DNA of 64,000 nucleotides from Verrucomicrobiota bacterium (lineage in GTDB: Bacteria > Verrucomicrobiota > Verrucomicrobiia > Opitutales > Cerasicoccaceae), in NCBI GenBank assembly GCA_039818205.1, contig JBCBUK010000001.1, forward strand, positions 352,001 through 416,000, read 5' to 3'. The stretch's first letter is position 1. Each line of letters begins with the position of its first letter. The notes beneath the pieces are model-generated. The model did not search any database, was not told the DNA's origin, and worked only from the letters and a program-made list of their open reading frames with translations. The translations under genes and the position numbers were made by a program. Positions 40,901 to 52,900 of the stretch are shown piece after piece.

Positions 40901-43900
40901 CCGGATTGGCCCGAGATGCTTCCAGTCAGATTGATGTTGCCAGCATTCGCAATGACCTCAACCAGATCGGTTCCCCGCAGGTCACCGTCGATCGTAATCG
41001 ATTCACCCGACTCAAGGATGATCGTTCGCGCGCTGAAGCTGAGTGCTTCACCAGCAGTGCCGATCGTTGCGCCCGCACGGAACTCAAGGCGATCGGGTGC
41101 GCGGACATCACCAAAGAGACTAATATCGCGTCCAGCATTAAGGATGACTCCCGAACCGGCTTCTAGCGTTTCGTTGCCACTGAACTCGTTGATTACGATG
41201 TCCCCGGCAATTGCTCCGAGGGTAACGGAATGACCCGATCCAAGCGCCGTAATGCGTCCCTGAGTGAGGGTTGCCGTGCCATTGTTGTCTTGCAAGAAGC
41301 CAACTTGTAATGTCTCCGCAGCTTCGATCGTAACGTCGCCGTTGGCCGCCGTTACCGATTGAATGTTCAAACCGAAATCAGGAGCAAATGGTGCAGCTCG
41401 ATCAGATATTTCAATATCTCCAGCGCCTGTAACCGTTGCACGGATCAAGGTGTCGAGTGCCGTGTCCAGCCCCAGGATACCCGTTCTCGCATCGAACTCA
41501 GCATCAAGAGCAATGATGTCGACTTCGTCGCTATCATCTAGATCACGAATGCGAGCGGCGGAATCCAGAACCACTCGCCCAAATGAGGAGAGTGGGAAGT
41601 CTTGTGCCAACAACTCATCGCGGGCGGCTTCTGACTCAATATAGCCGCCAGCATTGATCAGGCCAACGATGATGTCGCCGCTAGTCGTTTCGAGGGTAAC
41701 GGAATCGAACGTCTCAGTTCCACCGGACGACGTTCGGCTATTGGCCAAGAGATCAATGCGCTCCGCGGTGATCGCCCCACCCGCTTTCAGTTCAAACGAA
41801 CCATCCAGGATGGTCGCCGCGTGAATGGTGATGGCATTGCGCTCATCGATTTCAATACTCGTGTCACCAAACGTAGTCTCGAGGGTCAGCCCAGCAACGT
41901 CAGTGCGTAGGTCAATGGCGGCATCGTTCGCGCCAGCGGCTTCGACGATCAACTGGTCGGCCTTGACCCAATACCAGGTGCCGTTCAACTGGGCGTGACT
42001 GAGTTCGCCTTGAACGTAGAATGAAACGTCGCCCTGGCCACCGGCCTCGACTCGGCGAACGATCAAATCAGCCTCGTTGGTTTTGAGGTCATTCGTTGAA
42101 AGGACGCGTGATGGATCAATGGTCGAAATCGTGATATCGTTCGCATCGGTGGTCCCCAATGTGTGGACTAAGCGGGCATCAACGTCGCCCAAAGCCTCGA
42201 TGCTAATTGAACCATTCTGCGCCGTGATGTTATCAAGCACCAAGTTGTCTGCTTCGGTAATCTCAATGTCGCCCGCCGCAGTTACCACTGCGACCAGTCG
42301 ACCTACCTCGGTATTCGCGACAATTCCGTCGCGAGCAGAGATGTTTAATTGATCCGCAACGATTTTACCACGTAAGTGTTCCACTTCGCCGCGCTGAGCC
42401 GTCAGGAAGATGTTACCGCTGTCGGCGATCAAGTCTGTATCGGCGAGAATCAGATCACCACCGTTGACGCCGCTGTCCAGGTCAATGATTGCGTTGTTAT
42501 TAAGAACACGAAGAATACCTTGGACATTGCCCGTCTGGCTCCCCACCCGAGTGGAACCACCGCTTCCCGCGGTTGAATCGATGCGGTTTCCAGCGGTAAT
42601 CTCTCCAAAGAGATCGATATTGGCATCGGCGTCGATATCAACGCGATCGACCGCCGTGACAAATCCGTCGATCAAAACATTGTCGGTTGCGTCAATGAAT
42701 ACTCGGTTGGTTGTCGAGTCAGTGGTTATCGAAATCGCAGCACCGGCCAGTTGGGCACTGATAGTGAACCAAGCTCCGGCGAAAACCAGGGTACCCTCAT
42801 CATTGATCTGAACGTCAATGCGGCCGAATCCAGCCTCGCTAATCGCAGTGACAATCGCTTCTTCAAGTTCTTCAAGAGTCGTGAAACCGCTCGTGCTTGC
42901 GGCTGATATCGAAACCTTAGCCGACGGCAAAGTAGTAGTTTCCAGCGTTAACTCGAGGTTACCGGTCAGTCGATAATTGCTGTCGGCTATGTCCGAGACA
43001 TCAATCGTTTTCACGACCTGACCAACCTGAGCCGCTTGCTCAATGTTCACATCCCCGCTTGAGGCCAGACGAATCTCACCACGCGCTTTGAGAACGGCAT
43101 TCGCCGCGATACTGTCTTCTGCCGAGCTTCCGGCTGGCAACGAGCCACCGACATTTGTTTCGGCGCCGGACGATACATTGATCTCAGCGCCTGAGGCTGT
43201 CGCGTTGATAATCGCTCCAATCTTCGCAAGGTTGCCCGCTTCGATACGTATATTTCCGAGGTTTGAAACGACTGACTCACTTTCGAATACTCCGAAGTTA
43301 ACGTCGCGTTCATCTTCTGGAACACGTTCGTACTCGGTGATGACGCGGTCTTGGTATACCGTCTCCGTGATCCAATTATTGCGCGTGACGGTGCGCTCCT
43401 CGTATTGAGTCTCGGTAACTTCTTGGAACTGGATGACATCGTCTTCGATGATTTCCGGATTGGTTACTACCTGATAGTTGAAGTGGGTCCGGGCATCGGT
43501 GACATCCTTCCAATCATACACCCAACGAGTCTCGTAGTGCTTACGGTCTTCGAATAGGTCAACCCGCTTATACTCCGTGTAAGGTCGGGAGGAATACTGC
43601 TCGTTTGAGTAGATTGCTTGTGGTCGTGGATTCGACTGGCTGGTGTTACCTTGTGGAACTCCATTGAGCGTCCACTCGAGGTCTTGCTGCCAATAGTCGT
43701 TGTTGCTGCTGTGACCACCAGAAACCTGAACGTTACGCCCATCGTCGACACGCTTACCTTGATACTGCCACTCGAAGTCGACCGCGACCTGATCCCAACT
43801 ACGGGTTGCCGTGTCGGCGACAAAGCGACGCTCATCGTAGCGAGATGTGATCGAATTCGTGCCGTTGGCGCGAGTCGTTGCATTGGTCGAGTCGGTTTTG

Positions 43901-46900
43901 AAGACGTTGGTCAAACGCTCAACGGTGAAATCGGTGCCATTCTCGTCGAAAGCGAGATCGGTCGGCAGGTTGTCGACGTCGACAAAATTCCCTCCTGCAT
44001 CGACGAACACGCGGCCATGGTTTACGCCACTATCTGTCACCCGAACATAAAAATCGTATTGTCCCGTGTTGGTCCAGTGGACATCGGTGTCGCGCGGATC
44101 AACCGTCGTCCCGCCGTCCTTATCGAATCCAACCTTCCAGTGATCTCCAGTCTCATTGGTACCACGAGAAACGTCTGCCGAGTCACCCGTGTAAACCGTG
44201 GCTGTGGCCGTCCACGGAACATTGACTCTCCGCAGGTTAAGGAATCCTGTGCGGCGCTCATCAACCCCTGAAGTGCTTCCGGTAATTGAGTAGTTCTCAA
44301 TCGATGTGCCTTCGAGATTGTTATCAAAGTCATCGAACGCGCCGCCAGAGATGAGTACGATGTCGAAGTCATAGTTACCAACATTGACCGTAGTTGTTCC
44401 CAAAACGGTACCGGAGGGATAACCATCGGCGCCCTGCGAGACCTTATCGGCAGTTGCCGAATCCGGAGCCGTATCGTTGTCACTGATGAGGAACTCAACA
44501 TCGTAAAGGATCGGGTAGTCCGAACCGAGCCATTCGTTAAAGGTTCCCTTAAAGATCGAGACATTGCGGGCAACCTCATCCGCATAGGTTGGGATCTGGC
44601 GCTGATTGATCGAGTTCGAATTAAGCCCGTCGATCTCTTTGTCGGCCCTGGCATTGAAGTCCCAAACGAACGCGCCACTATTGTTGTCCCAATTCAAGTC
44701 GTAGATACTGCTCAGTATCCGAGTCAGATTACCGTAAATGGCTTCATCGATTAGATCCTGATCCGCATCTTCGCCCACCGTACTTGACTCCGGTAGGAGA
44801 ACATATTGACCGAGTTCTTCGACGTAACGGGTCTTAAAGTTGTTACTCGCCCAGTAACTTGGAGCGTCAGCATAATCATAGGTCGTGGTACCACTCGCCT
44901 CGTTCAGCTGCACGTCTCGGTGTGAATTATCTGCCTCAAAGACATACCATTCACGCCAGTACTGGCTATTCGATCCCGTCGGCTTTTGAACACCAGTCTG
45001 GAAATTTGCATCGCGAGTATCATCAGGATTGTTCAGCTGAGCACGCGCATCAAGGAAGTCTGAAATCGTCAGATTCGCATCACTGAGACTTCCCCAGGTA
45101 CTGTTCCAGCGGCTTTGCCATGTGCTATTAATGAACGCATTTGAATCGATACGAGTATTGAGATCGACACTCTCCTTCCAACCTTGGAACCACCAACCGA
45201 TCTGGTGAATATCTGCATTGGCATCAATCCTGGTTTGTCCAATAACTTCGTTGGATGTTGGGTCATTGGAGACAAAAATCGACTTCTTAATGTCCGTCGC
45301 TGGATCTAAACCATCTGGAACCCGAACGTAATAATCCGGACGCTCAGCCGCTGGCAACTGGTCGTAAACATCTCCGAGGATATGTGAGACGTGGACGATC
45401 TTCGAATTCGCATCAGTTAGCGTAGAAACGTGCCAATCGGGAACCCAAATAAAGCCATCGTTCGCGCGAGAGAAGTGTGCTTCAAAGTCCGTAGTCGCGA
45501 TATAGGCGAAGCCGGAATAAGTAGATCCTGGGATTTCGTCGATCTGGTTTGCCGCCGACGCACCGTTGTTAAAGTCCGTCAAGCTGCTCCGCTTGATCAG
45601 AGTCAGGTCGATACCATTTTTGACGGTAAATACCTCGCCCGAACCGAGGACATAGTTGAGGTCGTACAATTTCCGGTATCCATCCTCGCCGCCTGCGATG
45701 TAGTCCGCAGACCAAGTCTGAGTGGCCCCTTGGCCTGTCTTGTTCAGCTCTGGATTTCCGTCGACACCGACCTCGCGAATCGTGCCAGTGACACCGTTAG
45801 GATTGTTGAAAGTCTGGCCCGAACCGAGCTTGAACCATCCAGTTTGATCGATGCCCACATCGAAGGTCTTGAACTGGCGACCAACAGGCACCTTCTCCGT
45901 TCCGATCTCTTTAAGATAGGTCGTTTCAAACGGAATATAGACAACTTCGGTTATGGTTGGATTGTTTGGATCCAGGATGCGGCGTTCACCAACTGGCACC
46001 GAAACGATCGTGTCGCGACGAACCAGATATGGATCGGCAATCTGCTTTTCACCACCAACCGAAGATGCAGCTTCGACGCGGACGTCGGTTGCGGCGCGGA
46101 TGACCACGCTGTCCAGGTTCGCGGCGATTCCTTTTCCTTCAGCGGTGATGATGGCGGCTCCAAGGATCAGCGCATCACCATCGGCGTCGCTCGCAAATTC
46201 GCTCGGTCCACTGAGCTCGCCGGCGAGAATCTCCACGGTATTTTCTGCGGCAACAACACCAGAGATCTGAACCGTATCATTCGCATGCAGGCGGATGTGG
46301 CTGCTAGAACCGCGACCTTCGATCGTTCCCGAGATGACCAGGTCTTTGGCATCGATGTTCAAGCGCGATTGCGCCGCGACTAATGCGCGTCCGGTCACTT
46401 CCGGATTCTCGAAAATCGAGACTATTCCAGCGGCGTCGATATCAACCTCACCAGTCGGGCCGCGGGCGATAACCACACCGCTTTCCCAGGCAATCATGTC
46501 TTTGACATCGATATCAACGAGACGATTTGCGTTGATAAGACCCGTAACGATCAAATCGCCGGTCGCCACGTTGCTTTCGTCACGCGTATCGATGGTAATC
46601 GTTGGGACGTCGACGGCGGCCGTAAACACTCCCGGTGAAACTTCCTGCGAGAAAACGCGACCGACCATACCGGCGATCTCGATATCCTGCTTGGTCTTCA
46701 GGGTGATGCTACCCGTATCCGAGGCATCGATCAATCCACCGGCTCGGTAGATACGCTCACCCGCAGCATCGAGGATGAAGTTTCCGCTGCTATCGGTTTC
46801 GAATTGAACAGCACCCAGACGAATCGAGAATCCGCTGGCGTCGTTACCACCGGCAATCAGGAGTTCGTCGTCAGAGAAGAGCGAAGTATTGACTTCCACT

Positions 46901-49900
46901 TGCCCACCGTCGGTGCCGAAAGCGACGCCCGAGGCGTCGACCTTCAAGTCGGAATCATCTCCCTCGGCGAATAGGTTGCCAGAAAGGTCAATGCCTGAGC
47001 TCGTCGCGATGTCGATCTCGAAGAAAGTATCACCGTTGGCAAACTCGCGGTTACCGGTCGTGCGGAAGAACGAACCCTCTCGCAGGACAAGACCCGTTGC
47101 CACTGAATCATCAAGCGTGCGGACCTTTACCTGGCCAACCGCCTGCGCCGAACCCGTGATCAATTCGTCGAATCCATCTTGGTTCACCCCGATGCCACCA
47201 ACGGTGATCAACTGATCCGCTTCGAGTGTGATCGTCGCGGTATCGGCCGTAGTCGGCGTCTTGTCCAAATCTCCGGCTTTCAGAGCGCCCAATAGGCTTA
47301 GGTGGGTGCCCGCATCAACGATGAGTTGGGAGTCGTTGGCGGTCGTGATGATCTCGTTTGCAGCGAGAATCTGGATAATTCCCGTGAAGTCGAGGGAGAT
47401 GAGATCTGTTGCAAGCAGCTTGCCTCCAACCTGGCGGCGTTGGCTCGTCCCCGGAATCAACTCGATGCCGCCCAGGACTAGATCGTCACCCGAGATGGTC
47501 AGCTCGTGATCGTGGTTGGCGAGACTTCCATCACCATTCACGTCAAACCCAGCCTCAACGATGCTCCGCATCGAAACATCTGCACCCGACATGTTAATTG
47601 AGCCTTCGGCACGAATTGAGGCATCAACAGTCAACTGGTCGGCCGCGTGGATTTCGATCGCGTGATCTTGGATCTCTCCGGAAATCAGAGTCAGGTCGGC
47701 GTCACTCTCGATCACTCCGTTGATTACGATATCCTGACCCGCGAGCGCGATCGTCCCGGTTGCGATGATGCGTCCCGAGGCCGATCCAATTTCAAGTGTG
47801 CCATCGACCGATTCAAGGTCGATATGCTGATCGGCACCCGGTGCCTCGACGGTGTTATCGATGAAGACGTCGTTGCGGCCCTTGATGATGATCGACCCAT
47901 CCGATGGATTGCCCGAGGAGTCATCGCTCAGGGTCAAGGAGCCAATGTCTTGCAACCAAAGACTACGTTCTCCTGCAGTGAGCGGTGTCGTATTCACGAG
48001 CAGGCCGTTTTCATCGAACTCGACTCCCGCCGTGATGACGATGTCTCCATTAGCGGAAATGATGCCACCGACAATGAGCGAGCGGTTTGAGTGAATCTTG
48101 ACGGAGCGATCGTCACCACCAGCGATCAAGTCGCCGAGCACGTAACCGTTTTGACCCGCATCAAGTATGATGTCGCCGTCGATCGTGCGGAGGCCACCTG
48201 AAACATCGATCTCGATGTCTCGACCTTGCTCAGTATCGATGCCCGAAAGTAGGCCAATCTCAGTGTAAGATTCAATGTTGCCCCCAACGAATAGCTTACC
48301 GCCAGTGCTCAATTGCGCGGTCATGCTACCCGTTGCAAAGCCAAGCTGGCTAGCGCCGGATCCTGGGGTCACCGAAAACTCATTTAAACTGGTGATCAAC
48401 AAACGCTCGTTGCTGACTTGGACTCGGAATGCATCGGCTCCAAATTCGGCATCGAGAACCGCCTGCAAGTCGTCGACGAGATTCCAGATATTTCCATTGT
48501 TGGCAGTCGCCTCGCGGGTTAGCACAACATCAGCGTCGACCATCGAACCGTTAGCCATCAACATGACCGAAAGGTGAACATCGGCGGTCAAGCGGCCGTC
48601 AGGGCTGCTAATCAATCCGGTTGGAGCAACCTCGTATTTCGGTGCCGAATCAAGCGTGACAGAAGAGTTCGCCTTAATCGCGCTAATCGCAGCGGGTGCA
48701 TCGACTGCTGCTTGCGCTGTGGCTGCGTTGGCTTCCAGGCCAAGAATATCAGCGTTGGCGCCACCTTGGATGGTGAAGTCCGCCCCACCGGTCGTGAAGA
48801 CGATCTTGCCGTTGCGCAAGCCCACATCCAAGCGAGACCCAGTAACCGAATCTACCATGCCTGGAACCGCATCGATCGCGTTTTGCAGATCTTGAACCAG
48901 ATCCGCGAAGAGGATGTTGGTGGCGGTGTCTGCCTTTGCCAAGGTAACCGTTTCAGTTACCGTCGTGGAACCCTGATTAAGCGAAAAGGTGAAGGTTACG
49001 TCCTCAGCAATTTGACCATCGCTGTGATCAGGGAAGCCCGCTGGCTCAACGATCTTCTGGTATGGACGGCCAAAGACGTCCACGCGCTTGGTACCAGCGA
49101 TTTCGATATGGCTGTTAGAAGATAGCGTGCGAACTTCGGCGGAACCAAAGATCAGGACACTTTTACCGCTATTGGGATCGCCTGGTGTGAAGGGATCGTC
49201 TCCACCGAGCACGCGAATCGATTTACCGGCGACCAGTGACAGACCAATCTCGACCTGACTGCTAGAGGTGATGTCGATCGAGGTGAGCGACTCAGCACCA
49301 TAAACGGTTTCGTCAAAGACCCGAACCTCACGGCCAAGGATACGGCCGGTGTCGATGTCAGAGACGACTTCGAACTCACCACCGGCAACAATGGCGCCGA
49401 GAAGTGACGCGTCGCCGACCGCAGCGATGTTGATTTCTGAATCACGGTCGGTGGTCGCAATTTCAGAAGAACCATAAACCTGAACGCTGATGCCCGAGGC
49501 ATCCGTTCCACCGGAGATATCGATGAGGCGGCTAGCAAAGACGCGCCCCGCAGCAATCACTTGATTACCAGCTAGGTTAGTTACTTCACCGCCGATACTC
49601 ACTTGTTCTTGAGCGGCAACACGAACCTCACCGTCCAGACCCGAGGCTTCAAGCAACCCGAGCGAACGCATGCGACCCGCGGACTGAACATCGACCAAGC
49701 CCGTCCCGGTGTCACCGACTGACCGGAGTCCACCAATGCTGGTGATATCTACGCCAATGCCATCGGCATCGTCACCCGAACGGATAATCACTTGGTCGTT
49801 GGCCTCGACCGAAGAATCGATAAGCACTCGATTGGTTGCACCGATCTTGATGTCCGCACCAAGGTCGGTGGTGCGCACACTGCCAATGATATCGACGCGG

Positions 49901-52900
49901 CCATCACCAAAGATCGAAATCTGTTCCTCGACAACCTCACTATCAACCGTGACGTAAGGATCAGTCGCGCTATCCGCATCCACATCAGTTGGCGTTTCAC
50001 CCGGGCCGAAGACTGTCTGGCCGGAGATCAGGCGAGCCGTGTCACCAATGACAACCGAGCGACCTTCGTCGTCCTGACCAGAGGCGCGGACAACGATTTG
50101 GTCCCGCGAGATCATAAAGCCGTCGAGCAAGGCTGCGCCGGTAGATTTAGCAATGATGTCCGAGTTGACGCCAGCAGCGGTAACGTTACCGAGAACTACT
50201 AGATCGTCTACCGAGAGCAGTTCGATCGAACTGTTCTCAGCAAGGGAGTAAAGGGTGCCACCGATAAAGAGTGCGACACCATCAGTGCTTGCGTCCGCGG
50301 TGATGTCCATATCGCGGCTAGTCGTAATTGCACCGGGGATGTCAACGTCTTGTGCCGAGTAGACTCGGGCGTCGCCCCGAGCACCAATTTCATTATAGGT
50401 GCGCTCGAAAACGATCTCTCCGTCAGCGTTGGTCGTCTGCGTCTCGATGATTTCAACACCGGCGATAACCGCTCCACCGATGAAGACGTAATTGGTACCC
50501 TCTATGTCGATCAGAGAATCCGCTCCACGAGCTTCGAAACGGCCGCTTTCGACCATCTTAAAATCACCCGGCGTGTAGGCCTTGATCAAAGCACCATCAC
50601 CATAGGTCTGAACGAAATCCGCGATCTCGATTCGATCCACCCCAAAGATATTCACTTGCGCGTTGTCGGCGCGGTAGGAAATCACATTGGCATTGACCTG
50701 GACAAAAACCGAATGGGTCGATTCATCATCACCACCGTCAATGGTGATCGAGTCGTCCGCATAGATACGGCTTGGCGCATTACCGTTACCGATCTCCACG
50801 AACTCATCAAACTCGATGGTAACATCAGCACCCTGCCCGACCGCGACAACTTCACCGTGGATAATCGCGTTGTCACTACCTGCGTTCTGACCAGTGACAC
50901 GGACCGCTCCGTCCATCGCGAGTAAGGTACCCGCTGTTCCGAGAACAAATGATTCATCGGTTGGGTCGCTACCCGCAGTAACGTCTACGCCACCAGCTGA
51001 GAACAATTTACCCTCGACCAATACCGCTTGCTGCGAGTCGATCAGAATACCTGAATTGCTTCCAGTAATCGCGATCACACCGTCGATGATGGCATCCTCG
51101 GGAGTTTGGATAACGAGGTCACTATTGTCACCCTTCTGCACGATGAGGCCGCTCGTCTCGAGTACGAAAGAGTCTCCCGAGACATCGGTTCCAGAGGAAA
51201 CCTCTACGGTGTCCGCAGCAGCAACAAAACCGCCAATGATCAGTCGATTGCCCGTATCGATGGTTACGTTGGTCTCATTGCCCAACAGAGTGTAGTCACG
51301 ATATTCATATTCAGCGGTGTCGGTGTCGCGCAGGACACTCGCTGCTGGAAGGACAAACTTACTGACGGCGCCATCCTGAACACCCGCATCAATGCGACCC
51401 CGGATCTCTGCGCGTTCGCCAGCCGAAACCGCGATGCTGGTGAGTGCGCTATCGAGGCGCGAACCAAAGTGCTGGATCGCACTGGTTTCTTGAAAGAAAT
51501 CTGCGTCGGCATGCAAGACGATCGTGGAATCATCACCATAAACATTGATGAAGCCCGAAACGCGGAAGTCATCAACGGACTGCATGTCGATGAAGGAGTC
51601 GTTGAAGACCATCTGATCAGCATCCACCCCAAAGCGGGTGTCAGCTGCGTCTGCCGCAGTCAACGCGTGGGCTGGATTCGATGTATCGCGAGTCCATGCT
51701 CCAACCTTAACTATGCCTGAGACAATAAGGCTGACATCTTCTTGACCCGAACCGGCATCAACTTGAACCGAGTTCGACGCGTAAAGATTGCCGCGGATCT
51801 CTGCCATATCCTCCGCGTTGATGACGATGTCGTGCGCCGTAATGCTTGAGCCCGTTGGCGGCACCGGAGCGTGAAGCGACTCGATATCGACCAGCATCTC
51901 GCGAGAATGGAAAGTGACATCGTTTCCAAAGTCGCGCACCTGATCTTCATAAAATTCGACCTCACCTTGAATAGTGATGGTGTCGGCGATGAATTCAGCG
52001 TCGTCGCGGAACTCGGCGTGACCAAAGTAGAAATCGTTGGCGATGCGGTTTCCGTTGCTGTCGAAGCGGCTGAAGTGAAGCTTAGCAAATCCATCCTTGA
52101 GCGCCGCTAAGTCTGTCGTATCGAGATCCAAGGATTGGGATAGATCGATCGAACCACCTGAGTAGCCGCCAGCAAACTCATCGAGTCCAGTGAAATCCTC
52201 CGCGGCCGTACCAAAGGTGTATTGGTAGGCTTCCGTCGTGGAGCGAACGTAAAGGTTGCCCGTTGCGATTATGGTGTTGGCACCGGCATTGAACTCCATG
52301 TCATCGGCCATCAGTGCGATGTCCTTGTTAGGGGCATCGGCCCGCAAGGTGCCCGACTGGAGTGTCAAGAGCGATTCAGCATCGATCAGGTCAATGTCAA
52401 CGTGACCGAAGGAGGAAACGATACCCGTCGGATTATTCACACCGTCCAGGGTAAGGTCCTTGGCAACAATTGTCAGGTCGTCGGTTTCCTCAACCCAGAT
52501 GTCGGCCCAATCGCTACCGCCTGCTTGATCAAGATCGGCGGTAGTCGAAAGCGTAATCGTGCGGACAGTCGAAACGATTTTGTCGGTGAAGCCCATTGCG
52601 CTAAGTGCGAGATAACTGTTGGCTGCACGGAAAGTTGCCGCGTCGAGGTCAAGCGTGCCAAGTGGCACTTTGATCTCGATGTATCCGCTGCCCTGCTGAT
52701 CATCATTAACGCCACTGGAAACACTCAAACGATTATTGAGATCGGCGACCGCATTGGCCCCTTCGAGGATAATATCAATAAAGCCATTACTGGTGGCATT
52801 GAAGACATCGTAGACTGCCAAGTCGCCTTGCTCGATACGCCAGATCGAATTGCGATAATCAATTCTGCGGGTGGTCGTCATGCTGCCAGCCATCACGTGG

